DNA of 64,000 nucleotides from Planctomycetaceae bacterium. Its GTDB lineage: Bacteria > Planctomycetota > Planctomycetia > Planctomycetales > Planctomycetaceae. Of the stretch, positions 49,564-58,529 are shown piece after piece. Under the pieces are notes generated by a model that did no database searches, was not told the DNA's origin, and saw only the letters and a list, made by a program, of their open reading frames with translations. The number at the start of each line of letters is the position of its first letter. Position 1 is the first letter of the stretch. Both the position numbers and the translations under genes were made by a program. The stretch lies in the NCBI GenBank assembly GCA_021732785.1, contig JAKFUG010000017.1:51352-115351 (forward strand), given 5' to 3'.

Positions 49564-51138
49564 ATGGCTCCTCGTTCTCGACGTGAATTCCTGGCCGATG
49601 TCGGTTGCGGAATGGTGGTCGCGGGTATCGGTTCCGCGACGGCGTTCGATCTCGGTCTCGCCCCGGCTTGGGCCAAAGAAGGCGACGGCCCTGAACTCGC
49701 CTTCGGTGATCGTGAACCGCTGGTCCGCCTGTTGCAGGACACCAGCGCGGACAAGATGCTGCCGATGGTGGTCGAACGTTGGAAGCAGGGAACGTCGCTG
49801 GAAGAAATCGTGGCCTGTGCGGCGCTCGCGAATGCCCGCACGTTCGCCGGGGAAGATTACATCGGCTTCCACACGATGATGGCCCTCACGCCGGCGCTGA
49901 AGATGGCCCGCGAGATGCCGACGGCAATCAGCTTGCTGCCGATCCTGAAAGTGCTCCATCGCAACAGCACCCGCATTGAAGAACACGGCGGGCATGCTTC
50001 GGAAAAAATGCACCCCGTCGCCTTCGATGCCACGCAAACCGCCGTTCCGTCACCGGACCAGCTTCATCAGGCGGTGCTTGGAAAGGACAAAGTGCAGTCG
50101 GAAGAACTTTTCGCGCGGATCGCCCGGCAGTCTCCCGACGCGGCGTTCAACAGCGTGCTCGAAGTTGTGCAGGACAACACGGAAGTGCATCGCGTGGTGA
50201 TGCCGTACAAAGCGTGGGAACTGCTCGATGTCGTCGGCCGCGAGCACGCTCATTCGCTGCTGCGGCAATCGGTGCGGTACTGCGTGAAAGCGGAGATGAA
50301 CACCCACAACGATTATGCCCGCGGCGGCAGCCAGTTGTTGCCGAAGCTCTTCGATGAACACAAGCTGTTGTCGAAACCGTTCGGGACTTCACCGGCTGAT
50401 GACGCCTGGGTTGACCATCTCTCGAAAACGATTTTCCAGAGCACGCCCGATGAAGCCGCGGCGGCGGTGGCGATGGCGCTCACCGAAGGGTTCGCCCCGG
50501 ATGCGATCGGCGAAGCGGTGACACTCGCAGCGAATCAGTTGCTGCTGCGCGATAAGGGACGGCCGAAATCGCAAGCCCAGGCGACCAAGCCCGAAGGCAG
50601 CATCCACGGCGATTCCATCGGCGTGCATGCGGGGGATTCGGCGAATGCGTGGCGGAACATGGCCCGCGTCGCCAATCCGCGGAATGTCGCCGCATGTCTG
50701 ATTCTCGGTGCCTGGCAAGTCGCATTCGATCGCACGTCGCGCGGCGGTGACTTCCTCGCCTGGCAACCGTGGCCGTTGTCGGAACACACCGAGACGTTGA
50801 AGTCCGCGGCCAGTCAGCTTTCTGCGGATGACGTGTTGAAGACGCTGGATAATGCCATCCGCGCGAACGATCAGGCGCTCGCCAGCGCGGCAACGGCCGC
50901 ATTTGCTGATCGCGACGGCAACCCTGCGGCGATCTTCTCATTGTTGCGCGGCTATGCGATCAGCGAAGACGGGGCCTTGCACGCGGAAAAATACTACCGC
51001 ACCGTCAGCCAGGAATTCGCCGAAGCCCGCGCCGCGTTCCGGTGGCGGTATGTGATCGGTCTGTCCCGCGTCACCGCCAGCGAATTCGGCCGGCCCGCGC
51101 CGGGAGTGGCGATCGCCCGTGAATTGCTGCACGGATAA
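49564..51138 (+). CDS. Tat-signal exported all-alpha hypothetical protein
   Basis: Twin-arginine motif [17 protein letters not shown]. No recognisable family. Confidence 0.5.
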   Translation: MAPRSRREFLADVGCGMVVAGIGSATAFDLGLAPAWAKEGDGPELAFGDREPLVRLLQDTSADKMLPMVVERWKQGTSLEEIVACAALANARTFAGEDYIGFHTMMALTPALKMAREMPTAISLLPILKVLHRNSTRIEEHGGHASEKMHPVAFDATQTAVPSPDQLHQAVLGKDKVQSEELFARIARQSPDAAFNSVLEVVQDNTEVHRVVMPYKAWELLDVVGREHAHSLLRQSVRYCVKAEMNTHNDYARGGSQLLPKLFDEHKLLSKPFGTSPADDAWVDHLSKTIFQSTPDEAAAAVAMALTEGFAPDAIGEAVTLAANQLLLRDKGRPKSQAQATKPEGSIHGDSIGVHAGDSANAWRNMARVANPRNVAACLILGAWQVAFDRTSRGGDFLAWQPWPLSEHTETLKSAASQLSADDVLKTLDNAIRANDQALASAATAAFADRDGNPAAIFSLLRGYAISEDGALHAEKYYRTVSQEFAEARAAFRWRYVIGLSRVTASEFGRPAPGVAIARELLHG

Positions 51139-51204
51139 TTCAGACAGAGAAACCAACGCCTCGCCCGCACCCCGGTTGCTTCCGTGCAGCCGGGGTGCTT
51201 TCGT

Positions 51205-51525
51205 TTCATGTGGTGGAAATAAGAGAGGAACCACGGAATACACGGAGGACACGGAAGAATACCGGAATGAAAAGTCAGAGGGCGGAGCGACTGACACGCA
51301 TTCCAGGAGTCATCCGTGCGTTTTGAAACGTGCCGCTCATCACGCGGAGCGTGATGGCCACCATGGTAGCCATCACGCTCCGCGTGATGAGCGGATCCCA
51401 CACAACGCGCTGTTCATTGTTAGGATCAGTATGACACGATCTCCGCCGGACCGAGATTTCTTGATCCTGATCTTTTCCAATTCCGTGTCTTCCGTGGTTC
51501 GCTCCGTTTTTCTGTTCTGTGGTTG
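51205..51525. repeat. MITE-like element, family 3 copy 2 with nested 64-bp near-perfect palindrome (51333-51394)
   Basis: Terminal inverted repeats GGAACCACGGAATACACGGAGGACACGGAAG / ATTCCGTGTCTTCCGTGGTTC. Inner palindrome CGCTCATCACGCGGAGCGTGATGGC...GCCATCACGCTCCGCGTGATGAGCG. Confidence 0.7.
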
Positions 51526-51592
51526 CGAACTCCCCGCACGGCGGCGACACTGCGGATTCGAGTTCATTCCAATCAGGCACGAGGAAACGCAG

Positions 51593-52387
51593 ATGCGCAA
51601 GAATCCGGTGAAGGCGGCCTTGAGGGCGGGGCAGCCACAAGTGGGAACGTGGCTCTCGTTGGGGAGTGTCTTCGCCGCGCGGGTGATGGCCCGTGTGGGC
51701 TTTCCGTGGCTGACGGTCGACCTCGAACACTCGCCCATCGGTTGGACCGACGCTGGCTTGCTCTTCGGCGCGATTGCCGACGCTGGCTGCACCGTGTTGG
51801 CCCGCGTGCCGAAGGGCGATCACGATTACATCAAGCGCGTGCTCGACGCCGGGGCGCACGGCATCGTGGTGCCGATGGTCAACACCGTGGAAGAAGCGAA
51901 GATCGCGATCGCCGCCGCGAAGTATCCCCCCGCGGGCAACCGCTCCGTCGGCGGATCGATGCACGCCCTGAATTTCGACGCCACCGCGGGTGACTACTTC
52001 AAGCATGCGAACGATGAGATTCTCGTCGTGCTGCAAACCGAATCGCCGCAGGGGGTCGAGAATGCCGACGCGATCTACAGCCTGCCGGGCGTGGACGCCA
52101 TTTTCGTCGGCCCTAACGATCTCACCTTCCAGATGCGCGACAAGGACGGCAACGATCCCACCCCGGAAGTGTTTGAAGCGGCGTTGCAAAAGATTCTCGC
52201 CACCGGCAAGAAGCACGGCACCCCGGTCGGCCTGCATGTGCAAAGCGTCGATCAGGTCAACCGCCGCATCGCCGAAGGCTGGCAATTCATCGCGATCGGC
52301 AGCGAACTCCGCTTCATGACGGTCGAAGCGCAGAACATCGTGAAGTCCCTGAACCTCGCCACCGCAAAAGACCTCGCGCGGTATTAA
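51593..52387 (+). CDS. HpcH/HpaI family aldolase (2-keto-3-deoxy-sugar acid aldolase)
   Basis: TIM-barrel class II aldolase. GAGGAA RBS before the ATG at 51593. Confidence 0.8.
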   Translation: MRKNPVKAALRAGQPQVGTWLSLGSVFAARVMARVGFPWLTVDLEHSPIGWTDAGLLFGAIADAGCTVLARVPKGDHDYIKRVLDAGAHGIVVPMVNTVEEAKIAIAAAKYPPAGNRSVGGSMHALNFDATAGDYFKHANDEILVVLQTESPQGVENADAIYSLPGVDAIFVGPNDLTFQMRDKDGNDPTPEVFEAALQKILATGKKHGTPVGLHVQSVDQVNRRIAEGWQFIAIGSELRFMTVEAQNIVKSLNLATAKDLARY

Positions 52388-52524
52388 CCATGAAGTGGAG
52401 CAACGCCGGAAGCCCAGGGTCTTTACGTTCCATTCCTCTGTTATCACCTTCCATCAGCAGATAAAATCAACTTTGCTACCTACCCACCGCTCACTTCTTT
52501 TCGTGACATGCTGAAGGGGCGATC

Positions 52525-52767
52525 ATGTCCCGTGTGGAACAACTCCTGGAGGCCAGTCGCCAACTCCGGCCTGACGAACGGCTCACGCTGGCGGAAGCCC
52601 TCTGGGAGTTAGTCACTGCCGATGATGATGCTGGAGAGTTGCAACTCAGCACAGAACAACGCGCCGAGTTGGATCAGCGATGGGAACGCTTTCAAGCGCA
52701 CCCCGAATCAGCCGTGAATTGGGCGGACGGTCTTGCAAAACTTGCTGTCTTGCGGTCCAAGAGATGA
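52525..52767 (+). CDS. Addiction-module antitoxin (TIGR02574-like component)
   Basis: 80 aa acidic protein. Its stop overlaps the toxin start (ATGA). Confidence 0.55.
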   Translation: MSRVEQLLEASRQLRPDERLTLAEALWELVTADDDAGELQLSTEQRAELDQRWERFQAHPESAVNWADGLAKLAVLRSKR

Positions 52768-53046
52768 GTGTCCCGCACCGGTTTCTTCCGGAATTCTTCG
52801 CCGATGTGGAAGAAGCGGTCGCATGGTATGACTCTCAGGAACCTGCCGCCGCCGATCGGTTTCATCTCCTGATTTCAACCACGCTGGACCGTCTGATCGC
52901 TTCGCCGCAGTCGAACCCCCATTGTGGATCACATCACGCGAGTCGCCGTGATGGGCGATTTCCCGTACGGAATCTATTTTCGGACAGTTGAAGATGAAAT
53001 CGTTATCGTCGGGCTTTGGCATTTGAGCCGAAAGCCGGGCCTGTAG
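52764..53046 (+). pseudogene. RelE/ParE-family toxin gene, frameshifted
   Basis: The N-terminal part reads in one frame, MSVPHRFLPEFFADVEEAVAWY.... The conserved C-terminus VMGDFPYGIYFRTVEDEIVIVGLWHLSRKPGL is in another frame. The switch is near the C5 run at 52916-52920. Confidence 0.55.
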
Positions 53047-53098
53047 CATCGCCGAAAGTAACTCGCGATGAATTCGCCGATACACTTCAATGCAGTCG

Positions 53099-54250
53099 TT
53101 ATTTGACGAACGCAATCCGTGCGGCTTTGCGGAAGACGTCCTGGCTCTTGGCCCCTTCGCCCCGGAACCCCGCGTGCTGGACCAGCCAGATGTAAATCAG
53201 GCCGGTGTCGGTCTCGGCGACCGAGTTCGTGGAGTAGGCCCCTCCATGACCGAACGTGGTCTTCGAAACGCTGAAACCGAGGCTGTAACTTTCTTTCACG
53301 GTCTCCGGGGTCTGGCGGGTGGTGATTTCCTTCATCGCCGCTGCGGAGAGGTACCGCTTGCCGTCGAGTTCGCCGCCGTTGAGCAGCATCTGGTAGAACC
53401 GGGCGAGATCGTGCGCGGTCGAAAAGAGTCCCCCGGCGGGCATGGGGAAACGTTCTTTGCGATCAGTGAGCGGGTAGTACAACTGGCCGATGGGGGTCTC
53501 GACGAGCCCTTCTTTACCCAACTTATCCATGCCCGGTTTGTACGCTTTCGCAATCCGCGCGGCTTGGGCTTCGCTCGGCCAGAACGTGGTGTCGGTCATC
53601 CCCAGCGGCTGGAAGAACCGCGTGTCGAGGAAGTCTTCAAAGGACGTCTTCGTCACCACTTCGATGATCCGCGCGGCGGTGTTGATCCCCGCGTTGCTAT
53701 ACTGGTACTTCGTGTCGGGATCAAAATCGAGCGGCGTCATGGCATAGGAACGGACGCGCACGCTGAGCGGATACAAATCGAGCGTCGGTTCTTCGAGAGC
53801 CGATTTGAACGGCATCCCGCTGGTATGCGACAGCACATTCCGAATCGTCGGCGGATGCGTCGGCTTCTTGAGCAGTTTGTGCGCGTCATCTTTCTCCGCG
53901 ACATACATCAGCCCTTTGAACTCCGGCAGATATTTTTCCACCGGGTCATCGAGCGAAACTTTGCCTTCATCGACGAGCAGCATGAACGCCGCGCCGGTGA
54001 TCGGTTTCGACTGCGATGCGATCCAGAACATCGAATCGGACTTCATCGGCTGCTTCGCGGCGACATCCGCCCAACCGACGGTTTCCGTCGTGAGGATCTT
54101 GTCCTTGTTCGCGACCAGCATCACCGCCCCGGCGAGTTCTTCGCGATCGACGAACGGCTGCACTTCCTTTGAAACCGTCTGCGCTGACAAAGGCGCTGCG
54201 ATGACCAGCGTGATGAAAAGTGTGAGGGAGCGGGAGAGGAGGGTTTTCAT
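53099..54250 (-). CDS. Serine hydrolase, beta-lactamase/PBP4-like family (class C-like)
   Basis: Signal peptide MKTLLSRSLTLFITLVIAAPLSA. SxxK motif SQSK, Tyr and KTG-like regions. Confidence 0.8.
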   Translation of the reverse strand: MKTLLSRSLTLFITLVIAAPLSAQTVSKEVQPFVDREELAGAVMLVANKDKILTTETVGWADVAAKQPMKSDSMFWIASQSKPITGAAFMLLVDEGKVSLDDPVEKYLPEFKGLMYVAEKDDAHKLLKKPTHPPTIRNVLSHTSGMPFKSALEEPTLDLYPLSVRVRSYAMTPLDFDPDTKYQYSNAGINTAARIIEVVTKTSFEDFLDTRFFQPLGMTDTTFWPSEAQAARIAKAYKPGMDKLGKEGLVETPIGQLYYPLTDRKERFPMPAGGLFSTAHDLARFYQMLLNGGELDGKRYLSAAAMKEITTRQTPETVKESYSLGFSVSKTTFGHGGAYSTNSVAETDTGLIYIWLVQHAGFRGEGAKSQDVFRKAARIAFVK

Positions 54251-54336
54251 TGGGAATTTCGCTGAAAGTGAGAGGTCACTCGGTGGGATCGACGCACGGC
54301 ACGAAACCGCAAACGCAGTTGGCAGGCGATGGGTTC

Positions 54337-55812
54337 TTATGGCTGTGAGGAAGTCCACATCTTCCCGACAGTCTCGACAATGTTCTTGATCTGACTGGGC
54401 ACGGCATAGGCGGCGACCACGAGAATGCAGAGAACGGCAATCCACAACAGAACGTCGGTGATCAGCCATGGCCGCAGGCTCCGATGCACCTTGAAATACC
54501 GGAAATACAACGTTGAGACGGCAATCATGGGAAGTGTCGCGCCCTGGGCAACGCCCCCGATGGTCACCATCAATACCGGATTGCGCGCGAGAACAAAGAA
54601 CGCCAGCGCCAGCAGCGGATACACCAAACAGAACCGCCGAATCCACCGGGCACGCTCTTCCGCCGATTTCGTCGCCGTGGCCCCGGCCAAGACCAGCACG
54701 TCCGCCATCAACCGGCTATTCGCGGCACAGGAAAGGTACAGCGTTTTGAACAACACTGCCCCGGCACCGATGAGGAACAACACTCGTGCCCATTCTCCGA
54801 ACGGACCGACGTACATCTTGGACAGGGTGTCGATCAACGACTGGTTGTCCGGAACCAGTTTTTGCGGATGCAGCACGGCGGCACCCATCACATAAAATGC
54901 CACGGTCGATACGGTGAACACCACCATGCTCACCCAGGCATCGAGGTGCATCACGCGGACCCAGCCGCGCGCCCGGCGATCCCACTCCGGCGTGCCGTCC
55001 GCGCGTCCGACATACCGCGCGTACCCTTTTTCGAGGCACCAGTACGGATAGTAGAACAATTCCGTTGCCCCGACCCCGGTAACCCCAAAGACAGCAAACG
55101 CAGCCATCAGGCCGCTATCGGGAAACTGGAACTGGAATCCGGTGGCGACATCGGCCGGTCGAATAGGATAGGCCGTGAAGCCCAAGGCACTCGCTGCGAA
55201 AACGGTGACGAGTGTGACGCCGACCACAATCAAGGTCGTCAGCCATTCGATGCGACGATATCCGCCTCCGTAAATCAATGCCATCGTGACGAAGCACGTG
55301 ATGATCGCCCACGGCAGCTCGGGGCGATCGAGCAACACCGCCTGCATTGATGGAGCGATCGTGCCGACCCATGCGGCAGAGAGTCCGGCCACTTTGGGAA
55401 ACGCCAGATTCAGCGCCTGCCCGATGGTCCCGACCATGCCGCCGAGTTGCACCACCGTGCAGAGCATCATGAAGAACCACCACCAGACGAGCCAGTGGGC
55501 TCCGAGCCGCGGTCCGGGCAGTTCGTTGAGGGCTCCCAGCGTGGGGCGACCAGAAGAGATCGCGTACCGGCCAATTTCGATCTGCACAAAGACCTTAATC
55601 ACGCAACTGAAGAGAATCAGCCACAGAAAAATGAAGCCATGTTCGGCCCCCAGACGGGTCGTCAGAATCAGTTCGCCGGACCCGACGATCGTCCCCGCGA
55701 GGATGATCCCGGGTCCGATTTTGCGCAGCGCTGCCCACATGGTGGCAGGTGGCTCCTGGATGTCTTCCGGGGGGAGCGCGTACGGATCGTAGGCCACGAC
55801 TTCGTCGTTCAT
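54337..55812 (-). CDS. NRAMP-related membrane transporter with divergent metal-site motif
   Basis: TM1 region GPGIILAGTIVGSGELILTTRLGAEHGFIFLWLIL aligns with NRAMP GPGFL..DPGNIETDLQAGAQYGY.LLWVIL. The DPGN is replaced by GSGE. Confidence 0.5.
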   Translation of the reverse strand: MNDEVVAYDPYALPPEDIQEPPATMWAALRKIGPGIILAGTIVGSGELILTTRLGAEHGFIFLWLILFSCVIKVFVQIEIGRYAISSGRPTLGALNELPGPRLGAHWLVWWWFFMMLCTVVQLGGMVGTIGQALNLAFPKVAGLSAAWVGTIAPSMQAVLLDRPELPWAIITCFVTMALIYGGGYRRIEWLTTLIVVGVTLVTVFAASALGFTAYPIRPADVATGFQFQFPDSGLMAAFAVFGVTGVGATELFYYPYWCLEKGYARYVGRADGTPEWDRRARGWVRVMHLDAWVSMVVFTVSTVAFYVMGAAVLHPQKLVPDNQSLIDTLSKMYVGPFGEWARVLFLIGAGAVLFKTLYLSCAANSRLMADVLVLAGATATKSAEERARWIRRFCLVYPLLALAFFVLARNPVLMVTIGGVAQGATLPMIAVSTLYFRYFKVHRSLRPWLITDVLLWIAVLCILVVAAYAVPSQIKNIVETVGKMWTSSQP

Positions 55813-55949
55813 CGCGGAAGGCCCTGGGGGTGCAACGTCGGGGTGTGATGGATCAAGGAGCAGTGATGATACCATCGCGCGCGACCGTCCGCATGGGTCA
55901 GTGGGAACCGCTCGCCCCTTCGGCTAACGTCTTTTGCACCGGTTCGGCT

Positions 55950-57311
55950 ATGATTCCTGGAAAGAATCGTCATCAGCGACCGTTCGCGATTCCTCTCCAC
56001 TGGCTGCCATTGATGTTTGCTTTCGCTATTCGCAACTTGTTCAGCCGACCGATTCGGACCGTCCTCGCCTTGCTGGGGCTGTCCGTCGCCATCATGGGAA
56101 TGGTCGGGCTGTTCTCCGTCGCGGCGGGGTTGCAGGCCACGATCGATCAAACGTTCGGTCGGGTCCCCGGATTGCTCGCGATGCAGCCCGGCGCGCCGTT
56201 TCCGCTGTTCTCGAAATTGCCCGCCAGTTGGGCCGATGAAATCGCACAGTTCCCGGGCGTGAAAACCGTGTGCCGGGAACTCTGGTCGCGCGTGCAACTG
56301 GTCGATGGCAAAGTGACGTTTAATCCCCCGCGGTTTCTCTTCGGGATGGATCTCGACAACGTGGGCCATTTGACGAAAAGTGTCTACCGCGGCGACATCG
56401 TCGAAGGCCGGTTTCTGACCCCGGACGACGAAGACAAACTCAACTGCGTGATCAGCGGCGAGATCGCCCGCGACTACAAAAAAACGGTCGGCGACATTCT
56501 GCGGGTCGACGGCGTTGACCTCACCATCGTCGGCATCTATGAGACCGGATCGATGTTGCTGGATGTCGCCATTCTTGTGCATAGCGCCACCGGCCGGAAA
56601 ATGATGCAGTTCGACCCGGCATCGATTTCATCGTTGTACATCGAGCCCGATGGAACCGTGCCGAACGAAGTTCTGCTGGCAACCATTCAACAGCACTTCA
56701 AAGGCCGCGGGCCGGCTGCGGAGCTGTCCATGAGCGCGCTGACCGGCGGTGGTCCTCAGGGCGCGATTACCGACATGGCGCTGAACCTGCTCTCCGGCAG
56801 CAAGCCGAAGCCAGCACCCAAAGCGGAGAAGGATTCTCCTTTGAAGGTCGTTGATGACGACGGCATCGAGGTCCGCACGGCACAGGAGTTCGGCCAGCGA
56901 CTCAACAGCTTCAGTTCCGAACTCGATATCTTTCTGTGGTTGATGAATACTATCGGGGTGGTGATCGCGCTGCTGAGCATTCTCAACACGATGATGATGA
57001 GCGTGTCCGAACGGTTGATCGAGTTCGGCGTGTTGCGGGCGAATGGCTGGACCGCGCGGGATGTCCTCAAGCTGATCGTGGCGGAAAGCGCCGTGCTCGG
57101 CTTCTGCGGCGGGGCGATTGGCTGCGTGCTGGGATGGCTCGGCACCTTCGTGGTGAACTGGTATTTCGCGGCGAAGATTTATTTGTACGCGAGCCCGCCG
57201 CTGTTGTTGACGAGCCTGATCTTTGCCATCGCCCTGGGGATTTTTGGAGGTGTCTACCCCGCGATGATGGCCGTGCGAATGTCGCCGATTGACGCGATTC
57301 GGAGAGGATAA
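55950..57311 (+). CDS. ABC transporter permease, FtsX/MacB/LolE family
   Basis: N-terminal TM, large periplasmic domain and a C-terminal 3-TM FtsX domain. No ATPase gene is adjacent. Confidence 0.8.
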   Translation: MIPGKNRHQRPFAIPLHWLPLMFAFAIRNLFSRPIRTVLALLGLSVAIMGMVGLFSVAAGLQATIDQTFGRVPGLLAMQPGAPFPLFSKLPASWADEIAQFPGVKTVCRELWSRVQLVDGKVTFNPPRFLFGMDLDNVGHLTKSVYRGDIVEGRFLTPDDEDKLNCVISGEIARDYKKTVGDILRVDGVDLTIVGIYETGSMLLDVAILVHSATGRKMMQFDPASISSLYIEPDGTVPNEVLLATIQQHFKGRGPAAELSMSALTGGGPQGAITDMALNLLSGSKPKPAPKAEKDSPLKVVDDDGIEVRTAQEFGQRLNSFSSELDIFLWLMNTIGVVIALLSILNTMMMSVSERLIEFGVLRANGWTARDVLKLIVAESAVLGFCGGAIGCVLGWLGTFVVNWYFAAKIYLYASPPLLLTSLIFAIALGIFGGVYPAMMAVRMSPIDAIRRG

Positions 57312-57421
57312 ACTGAACTCATACCAGCCCGTGGATGTATTCGCTTTCGTGTGCCACGGCCGTGGCTTACAATCAATTCAAGGGCGGCTAACGCTCGTCA
57401 CATTCTACAGGAGTATCGACG

Positions 57422-57793
57422 ATGCGAACCCATTGTTTGATCGCGGGGGCAATGGCTCTATTGTGTGTATTCTCGACGGTGGAGTCCGCCCATGCGAACG
57501 TCAACGGTAAAGCGTTCGCGGCGACGATTTACACTCTTTCGCAAACGCACTACACGAACACGTACATCTTTGCCGACGATGGCGGCGATCCGAACACCGG
57601 GCCGTTTGGCGTCATGGAGGGAGGACAAGGGAACTGGCAACAGTGGCCCCTGCAACAGCTCTCTCTCTGGTCGGCGGCCTATTCCTACGGGAACAGAACA
57701 TCGAACATTACCGGCATTCAAGTCGGCACGCGGATGTATGGTTACGGAAACAGCAGCACCGGGGGCTTGTTTCTCGTCTTGCCCTATCCGTAA
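57422..57793 (+). CDS. Small secreted protein, paralog 1 of a tandem pair
   Basis: Signal peptide. Conserved V.GK.F....YT....F.D.G....GPF....GG.G.WQ with 58063-58470. Confidence 0.5.
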   Translation: MRTHCLIAGAMALLCVFSTVESAHANVNGKAFAATIYTLSQTHYTNTYIFADDGGDPNTGPFGVMEGGQGNWQQWPLQQLSLWSAAYSYGNRTSNITGIQVGTRMYGYGNSSTGGLFLVLPYP

Positions 57794-57912
57794 TCCAAAG
57801 TGAACCGCGGTGGCTATGGCTGTCGCCACCGTCACACGCCGGTTTGATCGGCATGCCGCGGTTTGTGACTGCACGGTGATTCGAGAACCAGCAGACTCAC
57901 CTCACCGCAGCA

Positions 57913-57962
57913 TATAGCCGGCCGTGCGAATGTCGCCGATTGACGCGATTCGCCGCGGATAA
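57913..57962 (+). pseudogene. Duplicated 3'-terminal fragment of the ftsX permease gene
   Basis: GCCGTGCGAATGTCGCCGATTGACGCGATTCG is identical to 57270-57301, the end of the permease ORF. Confidence 0.6.
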
Positions 57963-58062
57963 TTGTTGCGAACCGTGGTTTTGGGTCGTTAAACTTCGGT
58001 GGGCATTTTGCCCACTCGTCTCCGTTTCCCGCTTCGCTTGTTCAACCAGAAAGGCCCGCGCT

Positions 58063-58470
58063 ATGTTCGCCCATCGATCCCTGCTGGCAATTGCCACACT
58101 CGCGGTTGTCTTGACAGTCAGTGGTTCGGCTCACGCCGACGTCAAAGGGAAGACGTTCCCTGTGAATGTCTACACCAGTTTTGCTACCAGCTTCAGCGAC
58201 AACCTCACCTTTGGCGATGGCGGCAGCCCCGCCATGGGCCCATTTACATCGCAACAGGGCGGCGCGGGAACCTGGCAGGAAACGAACATCGGCCCCCTCG
58301 CCATCTGGTCGTGCTTCTTTGTTGACGGATCGCAGTTTCGCGTCGATCTCGGCGGCCTGCAGTACGGCACGTTTCTGATTGGTACCGGCGGCAGCAATGA
58401 AGGTGATCGGTATTTGGTGATTTCCGCTCAGCCGACCGGGCGGAGTGCGGGCGGTTCCTACAAGCCGTAA
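58063..58470 (+). CDS. Small secreted protein, paralog 2 of a tandem pair
   Basis: Signal peptide MFAHRSLLAIATLAVVLTVSGSAHA. Homologous to 57422-57793. Followed by the hairpin TCACCCCTC..GAGGGGTGA. Confidence 0.5.
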   Translation: MFAHRSLLAIATLAVVLTVSGSAHADVKGKTFPVNVYTSFATSFSDNLTFGDGGSPAMGPFTSQQGGAGTWQETNIGPLAIWSCFFVDGSQFRVDLGGLQYGTFLIGTGGSNEGDRYLVISAQPTGRSAGGSYKP

Positions 58471-58529
58471 TCGCCCTGCTCTCGATTGTCGAATAATCAC
58501 CCCTCATCGACGGCGATCGAGGGGTGATT

